Both the position numbers and the translations under genes were made by a program. Below, in pieces: positions 41,076-52,775 of a stretch of 64,000 bases of DNA. The DNA is from Gammaproteobacteria bacterium (GTDB taxonomy: Bacteria; Pseudomonadota; Gammaproteobacteria; Burkholderiales; SG8-39): positions 244 through 64,243 of the forward strand of contig JBGQFD010000006.1 in assembly GCA_041496705.1 (NCBI GenBank), given 5' to 3'. Under the pieces are notes generated by a model. The model saw only the letters and a list, made by a program, of their open reading frames with translations. It was not told the origin of the DNA and did no database searches. Within the stretch, counting starts at the first letter, position 1, and each line of letters starts with the position of its first letter.

Positions 41076-41807
41076 GTGACCCAGACCGACTTCGGCTATC
41101 AGCGGATCGACGAGGCTGCCAAGGCTTCGCGTGTCGCCGGCGTTTTTTCCTCCGTGGCGAGCCGGTACGACCTCATGAACGACGTGATGTCGGGCGGTAT
41201 GCACCGGCTCTGGAAAGCCTTTACGGTGTCTCAGAGCGGCGTGCGCGAAGGCCAGCGCGTGCTCGACGTGGCCGGAGGCTCTGGGGACCTTGCGCTGGAA
41301 TTTTCCAGGCTCGCGGGGTCCTCGGGACAAGTCTGGCTCACCGACATCAACGCTGCGATGCTCGAGACCGGGCGTGACCGCCTGCTCGATCGCGGACGAG
41401 CGCTTCCAGCGGTACGCTGCGACGCCGAGCGGCTGCCGTTTCCGTCGAACTATTTCGATTGCGTAAGTGTCGCCTTCGGGCTGCGCAACATGACGCGCAA
41501 GGACCGTGCACTTTCCGAAATGCAGCGGGTGCTGAGGCCCGGCGGCCGGCTGCTGGTGCTCGAGTTCTCACGCATCTGGCGGCCGTTCGCGCGCGCCTAC
41601 GACTGGTATTCGTTCAAGGTGTTGCCGTGGCTGGGCGAGAGAATCGCCGGGGACGCGGCCGCCTACCGCTATCTCGCCGAGTCGATTCGCCAGCATCCGG
41701 ACCAGGAGGGCGTCAAGCTGTTGCTGGAACGCGCCGGGCTCGAGAATGTCGAATACTTCAACTTGAGCGCGGGGATTGTTGCCCTGCACCGGGGATTCAA
41801 ATTCTAG
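41076..41807 (+). CDS. ubiE: Ubiquinone/menaquinone C-methyltransferase
   Basis: [32 protein letters not shown]. Confidence 0.96.
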   Translation: MTQTDFGYQRIDEAAKASRVAGVFSSVASRYDLMNDVMSGGMHRLWKAFTVSQSGVREGQRVLDVAGGSGDLALEFSRLAGSSGQVWLTDINAAMLETGRDRLLDRGRALPAVRCDAERLPFPSNYFDCVSVAFGLRNMTRKDRALSEMQRVLRPGGRLLVLEFSRIWRPFARAYDWYSFKVLPWLGERIAGDAAAYRYLAESIRQHPDQEGVKLLLERAGLENVEYFNLSAGIVALHRGFKF

Positions 41808-41821
41808 GAGGAGGCTACACC

Positions 41822-42664
41822 ATGAAGAGAACTCTGATCTCTCTGCTCGTCGTGGGTTTCGGCGCACTTGCCGTGTTCGACGACGCGCAGGCTGCCCGGC
41901 TCGGCGGCGGGCGCAGCGTCGGCGCGCAACGTCAGCTCACTACACCGCCGAAGCAGGCGACGCCCCCGACCACGCAGCAGCAGCCCGCGGCGGCGCAACA
42001 GCCCGCGGGAAACCGCTGGCTCGCGCCGCTGGCGGGTCTCGCCGCAGGGCTCGGACTCGGGTGGTTGTTCTCTCAAGGTGGATTCGGAGCGGTGGCGGGC
42101 GCCCTCATGATGGCGCTGCTCGCGGCCGCCGCCGTGTTCGTCGTCATGCGCGTGCTTTCGGGCCAGCGTGCACGCACGCGGCCGCTGCAGTACGCCGGAC
42201 TCGGCAACGAGACCGTGGCCGCACCGCCGCCTTCGCAGGTTCCCGGCAACGCGGACGCAAAGCCCGATTTCCGCGGCCAGTTCGTCCCGAACGTGCCGGC
42301 TGGTTTCGATGAGCCGCGCTTTCTTGCAGAAGCCAAGCGCAATTTCCTGCGGCTTCAGGAGGCGAACGATCGCGGCGATTTGGAGGTGCTTGGCGAGGTC
42401 GCCACGCCGGAGATGTTCGACACGCTGAAGGGCGACGTCGCCGACCGCAAAGGCGCGCAGCAGACCGACGTGATCACCCTGAACGCCGAGCTGCTCGAAC
42501 TCGTCACCGAGGGCGACCTGCACTGGGCGAGCGTACGCTTCAGCGGCTCGATTCGCGAGGAAGCGCTCGCCGCAGCGGCGCCCTTCGGGGAAATCTGGAA
42601 CTTGCAAAAGCCCGCGGACGGTTCCTCGGGCTGGCTCGTCGCCGGCATCCAGCAGACGCACTGA
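41822..42664 (+). CDS. Tim44-like domain protein
   Basis: ARLGGGRS N-terminus, TM segments, SVRFSG...EIWNL...WLVAGIQQ; AGGAGG RBS. Confidence 0.88.
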   Translation: MKRTLISLLVVGFGALAVFDDAQAARLGGGRSVGAQRQLTTPPKQATPPTTQQQPAAAQQPAGNRWLAPLAGLAAGLGLGWLFSQGGFGAVAGALMMALLAAAAVFVVMRVLSGQRARTRPLQYAGLGNETVAAPPPSQVPGNADAKPDFRGQFVPNVPAGFDEPRFLAEAKRNFLRLQEANDRGDLEVLGEVATPEMFDTLKGDVADRKGAQQTDVITLNAELLELVTEGDLHWASVRFSGSIREEALAAAAPFGEIWNLQKPADGSSGWLVAGIQQTH

Positions 42665-42696
42665 GCTTTTTGCGGCTTTCGCGTCGCGACACTCCC

Positions 42697-43275
42697 ATGA
42701 TCGAGCGCGGTGCAGTCGCGGCGTTGAACCACCTGCTCGCACAGCAACCCTGGGCGGCGCAGCGCCTGCAGGCATTCGCGGGAGCTTCCGCGGAACTCCG
42801 CTGCCTGCCGTTCCCGGATCTGCGGGTGAGCGTCACGAAGAGCGGCCTTCTCGAGCCGGCCCCTGCGCAGGCAGAGGTCGCACTCACCGTGAAGCTCAAG
42901 CCCGCAGCGCTGCCGCTGCTCCTCGCACGCGACGAAGCTGCGCTGAAAGAGATTCACATTGAGGGATCGGCCGAACTCGCCGCCACGGTGCAGCACCTGC
43001 TTCGCCATCTCTCCTGGGACGCCGAGGAGGATCTCTCCCGATTCGTCGGCGACGTCGTGGCGCATCGGCTGGTCGCCCAGGGCAGGGCGTTCGCCGCCTG
43101 GCAGCTCGAAGCAGCGAGGCGCCTCGCCGAGAACCTCGCCGAGTACTGGACCGAAGAGCAACCGCTGCTCGCGCGCGCCGCGGACGTCGCGAATTTCTGC
43201 CGCGACGTCGATGCCCTGCGCGACGAGGTGACGCAGATGGAACAGCGTCTCGAGCGGCTCGCCGCCATGCGCTGA
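42697..43275 (+). CDS. ubiJ: Ubiquinone biosynthesis accessory factor UbiJ (SCP2 domain)
   Basis: [28 protein letters not shown]; synteny between ubiE and ubiB. Confidence 0.9.
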   Translation: MIERGAVAALNHLLAQQPWAAQRLQAFAGASAELRCLPFPDLRVSVTKSGLLEPAPAQAEVALTVKLKPAALPLLLARDEAALKEIHIEGSAELAATVQHLLRHLSWDAEEDLSRFVGDVVAHRLVAQGRAFAAWQLEAARRLAENLAEYWTEEQPLLARAADVANFCRDVDALRDEVTQMEQRLERLAAMR

Positions 43276-43319
43276 GCGCTGGCTTCGCCCGCGTTGTCGC
43301 GCGGGCCAATTCTGGTAAA

Positions 43320-44861
43320 TTGGCCGTTTCGTCCGCGCGTATTCCCGCTTTGCTGCGTCTTGCCAAGATCCTCTGGATCGCCGCCCGCTTCGGCCTGGAC
43401 GAGTTCGCGCTCGCCCAAGGCAGTCGACTCGCGCGCGTGCTCGCGACGCTGCTGTTCTTTCGCGCGCTCTCCGAGCCGCGCGGGGTGCGGCTGCGCCGCG
43501 CCTTGGAGGCTCTGGGGCCCATCTTCGTGAAATTCGGTCAGGTTCTGTCCACGCGGCGCGATCTGCTTCCCGCCGATCTGGCCGACGAACTGGCAAAGCT
43601 GCAGGATCAGGTGCCGCCGTTTCCAGGCGAACTCGCCGTGGCCGAGGTCGAGCGCGTTTTCGGCAAATCCATCGGACAGGTGTTCGAGAAGTTCGAGCAG
43701 CAGCCTGCGGCGAGCGCTTCCGTCGCCCAGGTGCATTTCGCCGTGCTCCCCGGCGGGACCGAGGCCGCGGTCAAGATCCTGCGCCCTGGGATGCTGCCGG
43801 TGATCGCGAAAGACCTCGCGTTGATGGACGCGGCGGCCGGCCTTGTCGAGCGCTTCTGGGCGGACGGCAGGCGTCTCAAGCCCCGCGAAGTGGTCGCCGA
43901 ATTCTCCAAGCACCTGTTCGAAGAACTCGACCTCATGCGCGAGGCGGCGCACGCGAGCCAGCTGCGCCGCAACTTTCCCGACTCGCCCCTGCTTGCCGTG
44001 CCGGAAGTTTACTGGGACTGGTGCACGAGCACCGTCATGACCATGCAGAGGATGCGCGGGACTCCGGTGAGCCAGGTGGACGAGTTGCGCCGGCAAGGCG
44101 TGGACATCCCGAAGCTCGCGCGCACCGGCGTCGAGATCTTTTTCACCCAGGTGTTCCGCGATGCGTTCTTTCACGCCGACATGCACCCGGGAAACATCCT
44201 CGTCACCCCCGAGGGCCGCTACGTCGCGCTCGATTTCGGCATCATGGGCACGCTCACCGAGGTGGACAAGCAGTACCTTGCGCAGAATTTCCTCGGGTTT
44301 TTCCAGCGCGATTACGGGCGCGTGGCGCGGGCGCATCTGGAGGCCGGATGGGTTCCGGCCGATACGCGCATGGACGAGTTCGAGGGCGCGATCCGCGCCG
44401 TGTGCGAACCGTTCTTCGACCGGCCGCTCAAGGAAATCTCCTTTGGGCGGGCGCTGCTGCGACTGTTCCAGACTTCGCGCCGTTTTAACGTCGAGATCCA
44501 GCCGCAACTGGTGATGCTGCAGAAGACTCTGCTCAACATCGAGGGACTGGGCCGGCAGCTCGACCCGGATCTGGACCTGTGGAAGACGGCCAAGCCGTTT
44601 CTCGAGAAGTGGATGCGCGAGCAAGTCGGGTTCAAGGGGCTCTTGCGCACCCTGCGCAACGAGGCGCCGCGCTGGGCGACGATGTTGCCGCAGCTGCCGC
44701 GCCTTTTGCATCGCGCTCTCGCCGGGGACCGCGTGGAAAGGATCGAGGGAATGCTGGGCGAGCTGCTGGTGCTGGAACGGCGCCGCAACAGGATGATCGG
44801 CATTGCTGTCGCGCTGCTCGCGCTGGCGCTGATTCTGGCGGGAACCCTCACTCTGGCCTAG
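43320..44861 (+). CDS. ubiB: Ubiquinone biosynthesis kinase-like protein UbiB
   Basis: [38 protein letters not shown]; start uncertain. Confidence 0.95.
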   Translation: MAVSSARIPALLRLAKILWIAARFGLDEFALAQGSRLARVLATLLFFRALSEPRGVRLRRALEALGPIFVKFGQVLSTRRDLLPADLADELAKLQDQVPPFPGELAVAEVERVFGKSIGQVFEKFEQQPAASASVAQVHFAVLPGGTEAAVKILRPGMLPVIAKDLALMDAAAGLVERFWADGRRLKPREVVAEFSKHLFEELDLMREAAHASQLRRNFPDSPLLAVPEVYWDWCTSTVMTMQRMRGTPVSQVDELRRQGVDIPKLARTGVEIFFTQVFRDAFFHADMHPGNILVTPEGRYVALDFGIMGTLTEVDKQYLAQNFLGFFQRDYGRVARAHLEAGWVPADTRMDEFEGAIRAVCEPFFDRPLKEISFGRALLRLFQTSRRFNVEIQPQLVMLQKTLLNIEGLGRQLDPDLDLWKTAKPFLEKWMREQVGFKGLLRTLRNEAPRWATMLPQLPRLLHRALAGDRVERIEGMLGELLVLERRRNRMIGIAVALLALALILAGTLTLA

Positions 44862-44897
44862 GCGGAACCCGCCGAGCCCCGGTCTATAATTCGCGCC

Positions 44898-46337
44898 ATG
44901 CTGATCGCGTCCGTCGTGCTTTATCTGCTCGTCACGATCGCGATCGGCCTGTGGGCGGCGATGCGGGTGAAGAACTCGAAGGACTACGTCCTCGCCGGCC
45001 GCAGCCTGCCTCTGTACATGAACACGGCGACGGTCTTCGCCACCTGGTTCGGCGCCGAAAGCGTGCTCTCCGTTTCGGTCGAGTTCTCCAAGAGCGGGCT
45101 GGGCGGCATCATCGCGGATCCCTTCGGCTCCTCCGTCTGCCTGGTCATCGTCGCGCTGCTCTTCGCACGCGCGTTCTACCGCATGGACCTTCTCACGATC
45201 GGCGACTTCTATCGCAAGCGCTATGGCCGCGTCATGGAGTTCTGCACCAGCTTGATCATCGCCATCTCCTACCTCGGCTGGACCGCAGCCCAATTGACGG
45301 CCCTCGGTCTCGTTTTCTCGACGCTGACGGACGGCGCCATCTCGCTCGAGACCGGCATCATCATCAGCGGTGGCGTCGTCTTGGCCTACACCGTCTGGGG
45401 CGGCATGTGGTCGGTGGCGATGACCGATCTCTTCCAGTCCGTCATGATCATTCTCGGCCTCGCCCTCATCGCCTGGGTCGTCGGCGACATGGCAGGCGGG
45501 CCCGGCAAAGTCATCGCCGCGGCCGCCGAGGCGGGAAAGTTCGAGTTCTGGCCCAAGGGCGGCGCCAGGGAATGGCTCGCTTTCACCGCCGCGTTCCTGA
45601 CGTTGGCGATCGGATCGATCCCGCAGCAGGATATCTTTCAGCGCGTCACCTCGGCGAAGAACGAGAGAACGGCAGTTGCCGGCACCCTGCTCGGCGGGAT
45701 CGTTTACTTCACCTTCGTATTCGTGCCCGTCTACATCGTCTGTGCCGGGCTCCTCATCGACCCGTCGCTCGGCAAGCTCCTGTCGGCGGAAGATGCCCGC
45801 GAGATGCAGCGCATCCTGCCCGCGTTCATACTCGGGCACACGCCCATGTGGGTACAAGTGCTGTTCTTCGGCGCGCTGCTGTCGGCGATCCTTTCGACGG
45901 CGAGCGGGGCGATCATCGCCCCGACCTCGCTGTGCACGGAAAACATCATTCGTCCGCTCTATCCGCATATGAGTGACCGCCAGTTCCTCCTCACGCTTCG
46001 CGTCGTCCTGGTGTCCTTCACCTGCGCCGCCCTGGTATTCGCGCTGCGCTCGAAGCAGACGATGTACGACATGGTGCAGAACGCCTACACCGTGACGCTG
46101 GTGGCCGCGCTGGTGCCGCTCGCGGCGGGAATTTTCTGGAGGAGGGCGAACAATACCGGGGCAATCCTGTCCGCCGTGTTCGGCCTCGTCGCCTGGCTGA
46201 TCGCGACTTTCACAGCGGCGGATGCCCTAGTGCCACCGGCGCTGGTCGGCCTCGGGTTCTCCGTCGGAGGCATGCTGCTTGGCTCTATCGTGCCGCGCGC
46301 CGCGCCGCAAACGCATCGCCACAGCGCCCCCCGCTAG
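44898..46337 (+). CDS. Sodium:solute symporter family protein
   Basis: LAGRSLP, ATWFG, GGMWSVAMTD, QDIFQR, LSAILST. Confidence 0.92.
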   Translation: MLIASVVLYLLVTIAIGLWAAMRVKNSKDYVLAGRSLPLYMNTATVFATWFGAESVLSVSVEFSKSGLGGIIADPFGSSVCLVIVALLFARAFYRMDLLTIGDFYRKRYGRVMEFCTSLIIAISYLGWTAAQLTALGLVFSTLTDGAISLETGIIISGGVVLAYTVWGGMWSVAMTDLFQSVMIILGLALIAWVVGDMAGGPGKVIAAAAEAGKFEFWPKGGAREWLAFTAAFLTLAIGSIPQQDIFQRVTSAKNERTAVAGTLLGGIVYFTFVFVPVYIVCAGLLIDPSLGKLLSAEDAREMQRILPAFILGHTPMWVQVLFFGALLSAILSTASGAIIAPTSLCTENIIRPLYPHMSDRQFLLTLRVVLVSFTCAALVFALRSKQTMYDMVQNAYTVTLVAALVPLAAGIFWRRANNTGAILSAVFGLVAWLIATFTAADALVPPALVGLGFSVGGMLLGSIVPRAAPQTHRHSAPR

Positions 46338-46409
46338 TCCGCTCCCGTCCGGACTCGGCTACAATTCGCGCGGCCACGTTTCCTCCACCCCTTCTTGGGA
46401 GGTGCCTCC

Positions 46410-47036
46410 ATGTTCGCACGCCTCATGCCGCACGAAGGCCGGTTCTTCACGTTTTTCTCCGAGCATGCCGCCCTGATCGTCCAGGGCGCGGTCGAGCTGA
46501 AGGCAATGATGGACGACATGCGCGAGACCGAGAGCCGCGCGCGCAACATCAAGACCATCGAGAACAAGGCCGACACGGTCACCCACCAGACCATCCAGCT
46601 GCTGCACCAGACTTTCATCACTCCGATCGACCGCGACGAGATCCATCAGCTCATCACGCGCATGGACGACATCCTCGACCTGATGGAGGACGTGTCGCAG
46701 AGCGTTTTCCTCTACGACATCCACCACATCCCCGACGAGGCCAAGCGACTCGCCGAGATCTGCGTAGCCTGCGCCGAAAAGGTCAGTGCGGCGGTGAAGC
46801 TGCTCGACAACATGGCCAACGCGGAGCAGATCATGAAGATCTGCGGCGAGATCGACCGCTACGAGACCAACGCCGACAAGGTGCTGCGCGCAGCGATGGC
46901 GAAGCTGTTTCGTACCGAGCCCGACACCCGCGAACTCATCAAACTGAAGGAGATCTACGAGCACCTGGAGACGGTCACCGACAAGTGCGAGGACGTGGCC
47001 AACATCATCGAAGGCATCGTCCTCGAAAACTCCTGA
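46410..47036 (+). CDS. DUF47 phosphate transport regulator
   Basis: FITPIDRDEI, DKCEDVANIIEGI; upstream of pit. Confidence 0.9.
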   Translation: MFARLMPHEGRFFTFFSEHAALIVQGAVELKAMMDDMRETESRARNIKTIENKADTVTHQTIQLLHQTFITPIDRDEIHQLITRMDDILDLMEDVSQSVFLYDIHHIPDEAKRLAEICVACAEKVSAAVKLLDNMANAEQIMKICGEIDRYETNADKVLRAAMAKLFRTEPDTRELIKLKEIYEHLETVTDKCEDVANIIEGIVLENS

Positions 47037-47048
47037 CGCGCGGCCCCG

Positions 47049-48047
47049 ATGCCGATCAGTTTCGAAATCCTGCTGTTCCTGATAGCGGTTGCGCTGGCGT
47101 TCGACTTCTTCAACGGCTTCCACGACGCGGCAAACTCGATCGCCACCATCGTCTCCACCGGCGCCATGACGCCGCGCTGGGCGGTGGTGTGGGCGGCATT
47201 CTTCAACTTCGTGGCGTTCCTGGTTTTCGGCGTCGCGGTCGCCGCTACCATCGGTAAGGGCATCATCGATGCCAGCATCGTCGATCACTACGTCGTATTC
47301 GGCGCCTTGGTCGGAGCCATCGCCTGGAACCTGATCACCTGGTACTACGGCATTCCCTCGAGCTCTTCGCACGCGCTGATCGGCGGCTTGGCCGGCGCGG
47401 CCATCGCCAAGGGCGGCACGAGCAAATTGGTCGCTAGCGGCTTTCTCAAGACCGCCGCCGCCATCGTCGTTTCGCCGCTCGCCGGCTTCGTCCTCGCCAT
47501 CGTGCTGATGATCGCCGTGTCGTGGGTCTTTGCGCGCTCCACGCCGCGCCGCGTCGACCGCTGGTTCCAGCGCCTGCAGTTCGTCTCCGCGGCGCTCTAC
47601 AGCCTCGGCCACGGCGGCAACGACGCGCAGAAGACCATGGGCATCATCTGGATGCTGCTCATCGCTTCTGGTCTGTCCGGCGCGAGCGATCCCCTGCCGT
47701 TCTGGGTGGTGCTCGCCTGCCAGGCGGCGATGGGCCTGGGGACGCTCTTCGGCGGCTGGCGCATCGTCAAGACCATGGGCATGCGCATCACCAAGCTCAA
47801 ACCAGTGGGCGGGTTCTGCGCCTCGGCAAGCGGCGCGACCATGCTGTTTATCGCCACCAGCTTCGGCATCCCGGTGTCAACCACGCACACCATCACCGGC
47901 TCGATCATCGGCGTAGGCTCGGCCCGGAAATTCAATGCGGTGCGCTGGGGCGTGGCCGGCAATATCGTGTGGGCCTGGCTCTTCACCATCCCGGGCTCGG
48001 CCTTCATTGCCGGGATTGCCTGGCTGATCGGAACCGAATACCTGTAG
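47049..48047 (+). CDS. pit: Inorganic phosphate transporter (PiT family)
   Basis: [30 protein letters not shown]. Confidence 0.94.
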   Translation: MPISFEILLFLIAVALAFDFFNGFHDAANSIATIVSTGAMTPRWAVVWAAFFNFVAFLVFGVAVAATIGKGIIDASIVDHYVVFGALVGAIAWNLITWYYGIPSSSSHALIGGLAGAAIAKGGTSKLVASGFLKTAAAIVVSPLAGFVLAIVLMIAVSWVFARSTPRRVDRWFQRLQFVSAALYSLGHGGNDAQKTMGIIWMLLIASGLSGASDPLPFWVVLACQAAMGLGTLFGGWRIVKTMGMRITKLKPVGGFCASASGATMLFIATSFGIPVSTTHTITGSIIGVGSARKFNAVRWGVAGNIVWAWLFTIPGSAFIAGIAWLIGTEYL

Positions 48048-48048
48048 C

Positions 48049-48564
48049 GTGCCGGATCGCCTGCGCGCCCTCCAGGCCGAGATCACCCGGCTCGCCGTAG
48101 ACGCCATCGTCAACGCGGCGAATACAACCCTGCTCGGGGGCGGCGGCGTTGACGGCGCGATCCACCGCGCGGCGGGACCGGAACTGCTCGCCGAGTGCCG
48201 GACCCTCGGCGGCTGCGCAACCGGCGAGGCGAAGATCACCCGTGGCCACCGGCTGCCCGCGAAGCACGTCATCCACACCGTCGGCCCGGTGTGGCAGGGC
48301 GGCGGCGCAGGCGAGAGCGGCCTGCTCGCATCCTGCTACCGCGCGAGCCTCGAGCTCGCCCTCGCCCACGGCATCCGCAGCATCGTCTTTCCCGCGATCA
48401 GCTGCGGTGCGTACGGCTACCCGATGCGCGAGGCAGCTGCCATCGCGGTGCGCGAGTGCCTGAGCTTCACGCGGCACCACGATGCCGTCGAAGCAGTGAC
48501 CTTTGCGCTCTCGGGGAGCGAGGCCCTCGCCATTTACGTGGAGGAGCTGCGACGGCATCCGTGA
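48049..48564 (+). CDS. Macrodomain O-acetyl-ADP-ribose deacetylase (YmdB-like)
   Basis: [32 protein letters not shown]. Confidence 0.92.
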   Translation: MPDRLRALQAEITRLAVDAIVNAANTTLLGGGGVDGAIHRAAGPELLAECRTLGGCATGEAKITRGHRLPAKHVIHTVGPVWQGGGAGESGLLASCYRASLELALAHGIRSIVFPAISCGAYGYPMREAAAIAVRECLSFTRHHDAVEAVTFALSGSEALAIYVEELRRHP

Positions 48565-48578
48565 GAGAATCGCTCGCG

Positions 48579-49646
48579 ATGTCCGTTGAGCGCCACTCCA
48601 CGCTGGCCCGGTATCTCTTTATCGCGTACGCGCTGCTCGTCGTCTATGCGAGCCTGCACCCGCTGTCGGGCTGGCGAGACCGAGGCCTTCCCCAGTTTGC
48701 ATTTCTCTCGGCGCCTTTTCCGCGGCCGATATCCGCATTCGATGTCGTCGCGAACGTCGTTGGGTATGTCCCGCTTGGCTTTCTCGCGGCGCTGGCGACG
48801 TATCCCCGGCTGCGCCGCGGGCGCGCATTCGCCTTCGGTTCCGCCTTGTCGCTGCTGTTCAGTCTCACGCTGGAATCGCTGCAGCTCTATCTCCCCACGC
48901 GCACGGCATCGAATCTCGACCTGCTCGCAAACGTCGTCGGCGGTTCGCTCGGTGCGCTGGCGGCGCTGGGCGCTACGCGGCCGCTCCTGGACTCCGGGGG
49001 ACTGCAGCGGCTGCGCAATCGGGTGTTCCTTCCGGGCGCGCGCGCAGACCTGGGCCTGGTGCTGCTCGGATTGTGGCTCTTCGCACAGCTCAACCCGGAA
49101 ACGATACTGTTTGGCAACGGAGACCTGCGCGACCTGTTCAGGACGCCATCGGGAAAGCTCTATCCGGCCGAGGTGTTCCTGCGCGTCGAGGCCGGGGTCG
49201 CCTGCGCCAACGCCATCGCCGCCGGGCTGCTCGCCTCCTGCCTCACCGAGCGCGGCCAGCCGGCGCGAGCCGTGGTGCTCGCCCTGATCGGCGGCGCCCT
49301 CGCCGCCCACGGCTTCGGCTTCGGCCTGCTGATCCCGGCACAGGACGCGCTTTCCTGGGCGACGCCGGGCGCTCTCTACGGAGTCGCGGCCGCGGCCGCG
49401 CTGCTCATGTTCGGCATGGCCCTGCCGCGCAGCACCCAGCTCGCCCTCGCCGGCCTCGCCCTGCTTGCGGCTACCGCGATGGTCAACCTCGCGCCGGCGA
49501 ATCCCTACAATTCGGCGACTTTTTCGCTCTGGCAGCAGGGACGTTTCCTGAACTTCAACGGCCTCACGCGGCTGGTCTCCATCATCTGGCCGTTCGCAAC
49601 CATGTGCTACCTGATGCTGCTCGCCGCCGAGCGAAATCCGGAATAG
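48579..49646 (+). CDS. VanZ-family membrane protein
   Basis: DVVANVVGYVPLG, LESLQ..LPTR..S..DL. Confidence 0.85.
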   Translation: MSVERHSTLARYLFIAYALLVVYASLHPLSGWRDRGLPQFAFLSAPFPRPISAFDVVANVVGYVPLGFLAALATYPRLRRGRAFAFGSALSLLFSLTLESLQLYLPTRTASNLDLLANVVGGSLGALAALGATRPLLDSGGLQRLRNRVFLPGARADLGLVLLGLWLFAQLNPETILFGNGDLRDLFRTPSGKLYPAEVFLRVEAGVACANAIAAGLLASCLTERGQPARAVVLALIGGALAAHGFGFGLLIPAQDALSWATPGALYGVAAAAALLMFGMALPRSTQLALAGLALLAATAMVNLAPANPYNSATFSLWQQGRFLNFNGLTRLVSIIWPFATMCYLMLLAAERNPE

Positions 49647-49672
49647 ACTCGCTCAATCATCCGGAAGTCGGC

Positions 49673-49981
49673 ATGAGCTATTACGACAAACACGTTTTTT
49701 TCTGCTGCAACCAGCGTACGAACGGCGAGGCCTGCTGCAACGACAAGGGCGCGAGCGAACTGCGAGACTACGCCAAGAAGCGCGTCAAGGACCTGGGCCT
49801 CGCCGGCCCGGGGAAGGTTCGCGTCAACCAGGCCGGGTGCATGGACCGCTGCGAGGAAGGTCCGTGCATGGTGGTGTACCCGGAGGAGGTCTGGTACACC
49901 TACGTCGATCGCGCAGACGTCGACGAGATCATCGAGGAGCACCTCAAGGGCGGCCGCGTCGTCGCCCGCCTGCGCATATGA
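49673..49981 (+). CDS. Thioredoxin-like (2Fe-2S) ferredoxin
   Basis: HVFFCCN..CC..GCMDRCEEGP..VYP..WY. Confidence 0.92.
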   Translation: MSYYDKHVFFCCNQRTNGEACCNDKGASELRDYAKKRVKDLGLAGPGKVRVNQAGCMDRCEEGPCMVVYPEEVWYTYVDRADVDEIIEEHLKGGRVVARLRI

Positions 49982-50586
49982 ACCGCGCCGGTGAGCGCGT
50001 CTTCGTCGCGGGTGGAGCCGGCAGGATCGAGACGGTGGTGGATGTTCCCGCCGGCGCGACGCGCGGCTTGGCACTGGTCGCGCATCCGCATCCGCTCTAC
50101 GGCGGCACGCTCGACAACAAGGTCACGCAAGCGCTCGCGCGCGCCTTTGTCGAACTCGGCTACGTCGCGCTGCGCCCCAATTTCCGCGGCGTCGGCGGCT
50201 CCGAAGGCGAGCACGACAAAGGCCGCGGCGAGACCGAGGATCTGCTGGGCGTCGCCGCACACGCCAGGGAGACTTTCGGCGACCTGCCGATCGTGCTGGC
50301 GGGATTTTCCTTCGGGGCCGCAGTGCAGATCCAGGTGGCGCGGCGCATCGTGCCCCAGCGCATGGTGCTGGTGGGCGTCGCCGTCGGCCGTTTCCACGAG
50401 GAAACCGTGCCGGCCGACACCATCGTCATCCACGGCGAGCTCGACGAGACCGTGCCGCTCGCGAAAGTCCTCGCCTGGGCGCAGCCTCAGGAGCTACCGG
50501 TCGTCGTCGTTCCCGGCGCGGACCACTTCTTCCACCTGCGCCTGAACGTCATCAGGAACATCGTCAAGAACTCGTGGCGGTCATAG
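49978..50586 (+). CDS. Alpha/beta hydrolase
   Basis: [27 protein letters not shown]. Confidence 0.9.
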   Translation: MNRAGERVFVAGGAGRIETVVDVPAGATRGLALVAHPHPLYGGTLDNKVTQALARAFVELGYVALRPNFRGVGGSEGEHDKGRGETEDLLGVAAHARETFGDLPIVLAGFSFGAAVQIQVARRIVPQRMVLVGVAVGRFHEETVPADTIVIHGELDETVPLAKVLAWAQPQELPVVVVPGADHFFHLRLNVIRNIVKNSWRS

Positions 50587-51485
50587 CGGCCCACAACCTG
50601 TGGAAGTCCTACGACGGCCAGGATGTGGTCGCCGGCGTCAGCTTCAGCGTCGCGCCGGGCGAATGCTACGGGCTGCTCGGGCCGAACGGAGCGGGCAAGA
50701 CCACGACGCTGCGCCTGTGCCTGGGGCTCACCGATCCCGATGCCGGCTCGGTCGAGCTCATGCAGATCCCGGTTCCGGGGGAGGCGCGACGCGCGCGCGC
50801 GCGCGTCGGCGTGGTGCCGCAGATGGACAACCTCGACCCGGATTTCACCGTCACCGAGAACCTGCTCGTCTACGGCCGCTACTTCGGCCTGGACGAACGC
50901 ACCCTCGGCGAGCGCATCCCGAAGCTTCTGGAATTCGCCGGCCTCGCCTCGCGCGGCGGCGCGCGCATCCAGACCCTCTCCGGCGGCATGAAGCGGCGCC
51001 TGACGCTCGCTCGCGCGCTCATCAACGATCCGGACATCGTCTTCATGGACGAGCCCACCACGGGCCTCGATCCGCAGGCACGCCACCTCATCTGGGAGCG
51101 CCTCAAACAGTTGCTCGCCGAGGGTAAGACCCTGGTACTGACGACGCATTTCATGGAGGAAGCCGAGCGCCTGTGTGCGCGCCTCGCGATCATGGACCAC
51201 GGGCGTTTCATCACCGAAGGCAGCCCTCGCGAGCTAATCCTGCGCCACATCGAGCCGCACGTGGTGGAAGTGCACGGCGACGGCGTGATGGACTGGGCCG
51301 ACCGCGAGGCGGCCGCGCTCGCAGCGCGCGTGGAGCGCAGTGGCGACACCGCTTTCTGCTACGCGACCGAACCGGCGCAGATCCTCGCGAGCCTGGCGAA
51401 GCGCGAGGAGCTGCGCTACCTGCACCGGCCGGCCAGCCTCGAGGACGTTTTCCTCAAGCTCACCGGCCGGGAGCTGCGCGACTGA
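50574..51485 (+). CDS. ABC transporter ATP-binding protein, NodI-like
   Basis: [38 protein letters not shown]. Confidence 0.9.
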   Translation: MAVIAAHNLWKSYDGQDVVAGVSFSVAPGECYGLLGPNGAGKTTTLRLCLGLTDPDAGSVELMQIPVPGEARRARARVGVVPQMDNLDPDFTVTENLLVYGRYFGLDERTLGERIPKLLEFAGLASRGGARIQTLSGGMKRRLTLARALINDPDIVFMDEPTTGLDPQARHLIWERLKQLLAEGKTLVLTTHFMEEAERLCARLAIMDHGRFITEGSPRELILRHIEPHVVEVHGDGVMDWADREAAALAARVERSGDTAFCYATEPAQILASLAKREELRYLHRPASLEDVFLKLTGRELRD

Positions 51486-52264
51486 TGCGACTCTTCCACG
51501 CGCCCCTTCCGAGCCTGCGCTTCGTCCCGGTGTGGCGCAGGAACCTCCTCGTGTGGCGCAAGCTCGCCGTCGCCTCGGTGCTCGGCAACCTCGCCGATCC
51601 GCTGATCTACGTACTCGGCCTGGGGTACGGCCTGGGCGCCATCCTGCCCGAGGTCGGAGGCGTGTCCTACGTCGCCTTCCTCGCCGCCGGCATGGTCTGC
51701 TCGAGCACCATGAATACCGCTTCCTTCGAGGCGATGTACTCGGCGTTCTCGCGCATGCACGTGCAGCACACCTGGGACGCCATCATGAACGCGCCGGTCG
51801 ACCTCGACGACGTGGTGCTCGCCGAGCTCGTCTGGGCAGCCTCGAAGAGCGTGCTTTCCGGTCTGGCCATCCTCGCCGTCATCTGGGCGCTCGGCTTGTC
51901 GAGCTCGCCACTGTCGCTCTGGGTGCTCGCGCTCACGCCGCTCATCGGGCTCACCTTCGCAGCGCTCGGCCTGGCGGTGACGGCGCTTGCCTGGAACTAC
52001 GACTTCTTCATGTACTACTTCACGCTGGTGATGACGCCGATGATGATGCTCTCGGGTGTGTTCTTCCCGGTCGAGCAGCTGCCCGTGCTGTTCCGCGGGA
52101 TCGCCGAGATCCTGCCGCTGAGCCACGCGGTGGAACTCTCGCGGCCGCTGTTGCTCGGCCGGATTCCCGAGCACATCCTGCTGCACCTCGGCGTTCTGCT
52201 TGCGTACACCGCCGCGGGGTTTTATGCTGCGACGGTCCTGTTCCGCAAGAGGCTGCTCAAGTAG
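51485..52264 (+). CDS. ABC transporter permease, NodJ-like
   Basis: VWRRN, SFEAMYS, YDFFMYY, SGVFFP, PLSH. Confidence 0.9.
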   Translation: MRLFHAPLPSLRFVPVWRRNLLVWRKLAVASVLGNLADPLIYVLGLGYGLGAILPEVGGVSYVAFLAAGMVCSSTMNTASFEAMYSAFSRMHVQHTWDAIMNAPVDLDDVVLAELVWAASKSVLSGLAILAVIWALGLSSSPLSLWVLALTPLIGLTFAALGLAVTALAWNYDFFMYYFTLVMTPMMMLSGVFFPVEQLPVLFRGIAEILPLSHAVELSRPLLLGRIPEHILLHLGVLLAYTAAGFYAATVLFRKRLLK

Positions 52265-52272
52265 CCGCGATC

Positions 52273-52683
52273 GTGCTCTGGGTCAAGTCGCTGCACATCA
52301 TCTTCGTGGTCACCTGGTTCGCCGGGCTGTTCTACCTGCCGCGGCTATTCGTCTACCACGCGATGGCCGGTGACCGCGAAGGCAGCGAGCGCTTCAAGGT
52401 GATGGAGCGCAAGCTCTACTGGGGCATCATGGCGCCCGGCGCCGTGCTCAGCATCGTCTTCGGCGCCTGGCTTTTGGCCTACGGATTCGCCGGCGGCTGG
52501 CTGTACGCCAAGCTCGTCGTGGTGGTGCTTCTCGTCGCCTACCACCTCTACTGCGGCAAGCTGCTCGCGGATTTTGCGCACGATCGCAACACCCGGTCGC
52601 ATGTCTGGTTCCGCTGGTTCAACGAAGTGCCGACCGTCTTCCTCTTCGCCGGGGTCATCCTCGCCGTCGTGAAGCCTTTCTAG
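52273..52683 (+). CDS. hemJ: Protoporphyrinogen oxidase HemJ (CopD family)
   Basis: LWVKSLHII..W.AGLFYLPRLFVYH, MERKL, FNEVP; GTG start. Confidence 0.88.
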   Translation: MLWVKSLHIIFVVTWFAGLFYLPRLFVYHAMAGDREGSERFKVMERKLYWGIMAPGAVLSIVFGAWLLAYGFAGGWLYAKLVVVVLLVAYHLYCGKLLADFAHDRNTRSHVWFRWFNEVPTVFLFAGVILAVVKPF

Positions 52684-52775
52684 CCGGACGCCGGCCGCGC
52701 CTGGGGGTCCTGGACCGCACTCCGGGCCGCAGGCTCGTGCTAATCTTGGCATGATCGTTGCCCTGAAACCCTACC

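Noticed and set aside
42954-45968. 1004-aa minus-strand ORF and other long antisense ORFs (e.g. 21127-23826, 6239-7987)
   Set aside because: Shadow ORFs opposite well-supported genes in high-GC DNA, with no recognisable motifs
48049-48564. Macrodomain as DarG antitoxin of a defence system
   Set aside because: Stand-alone YmdB-type domain with no DarT-like neighbour
50574-52264. nodIJ as evidence of nodulation
   Set aside because: No nodABC nearby; NodIJ-like ABC pairs are common in non-symbiotic betaproteobacteria
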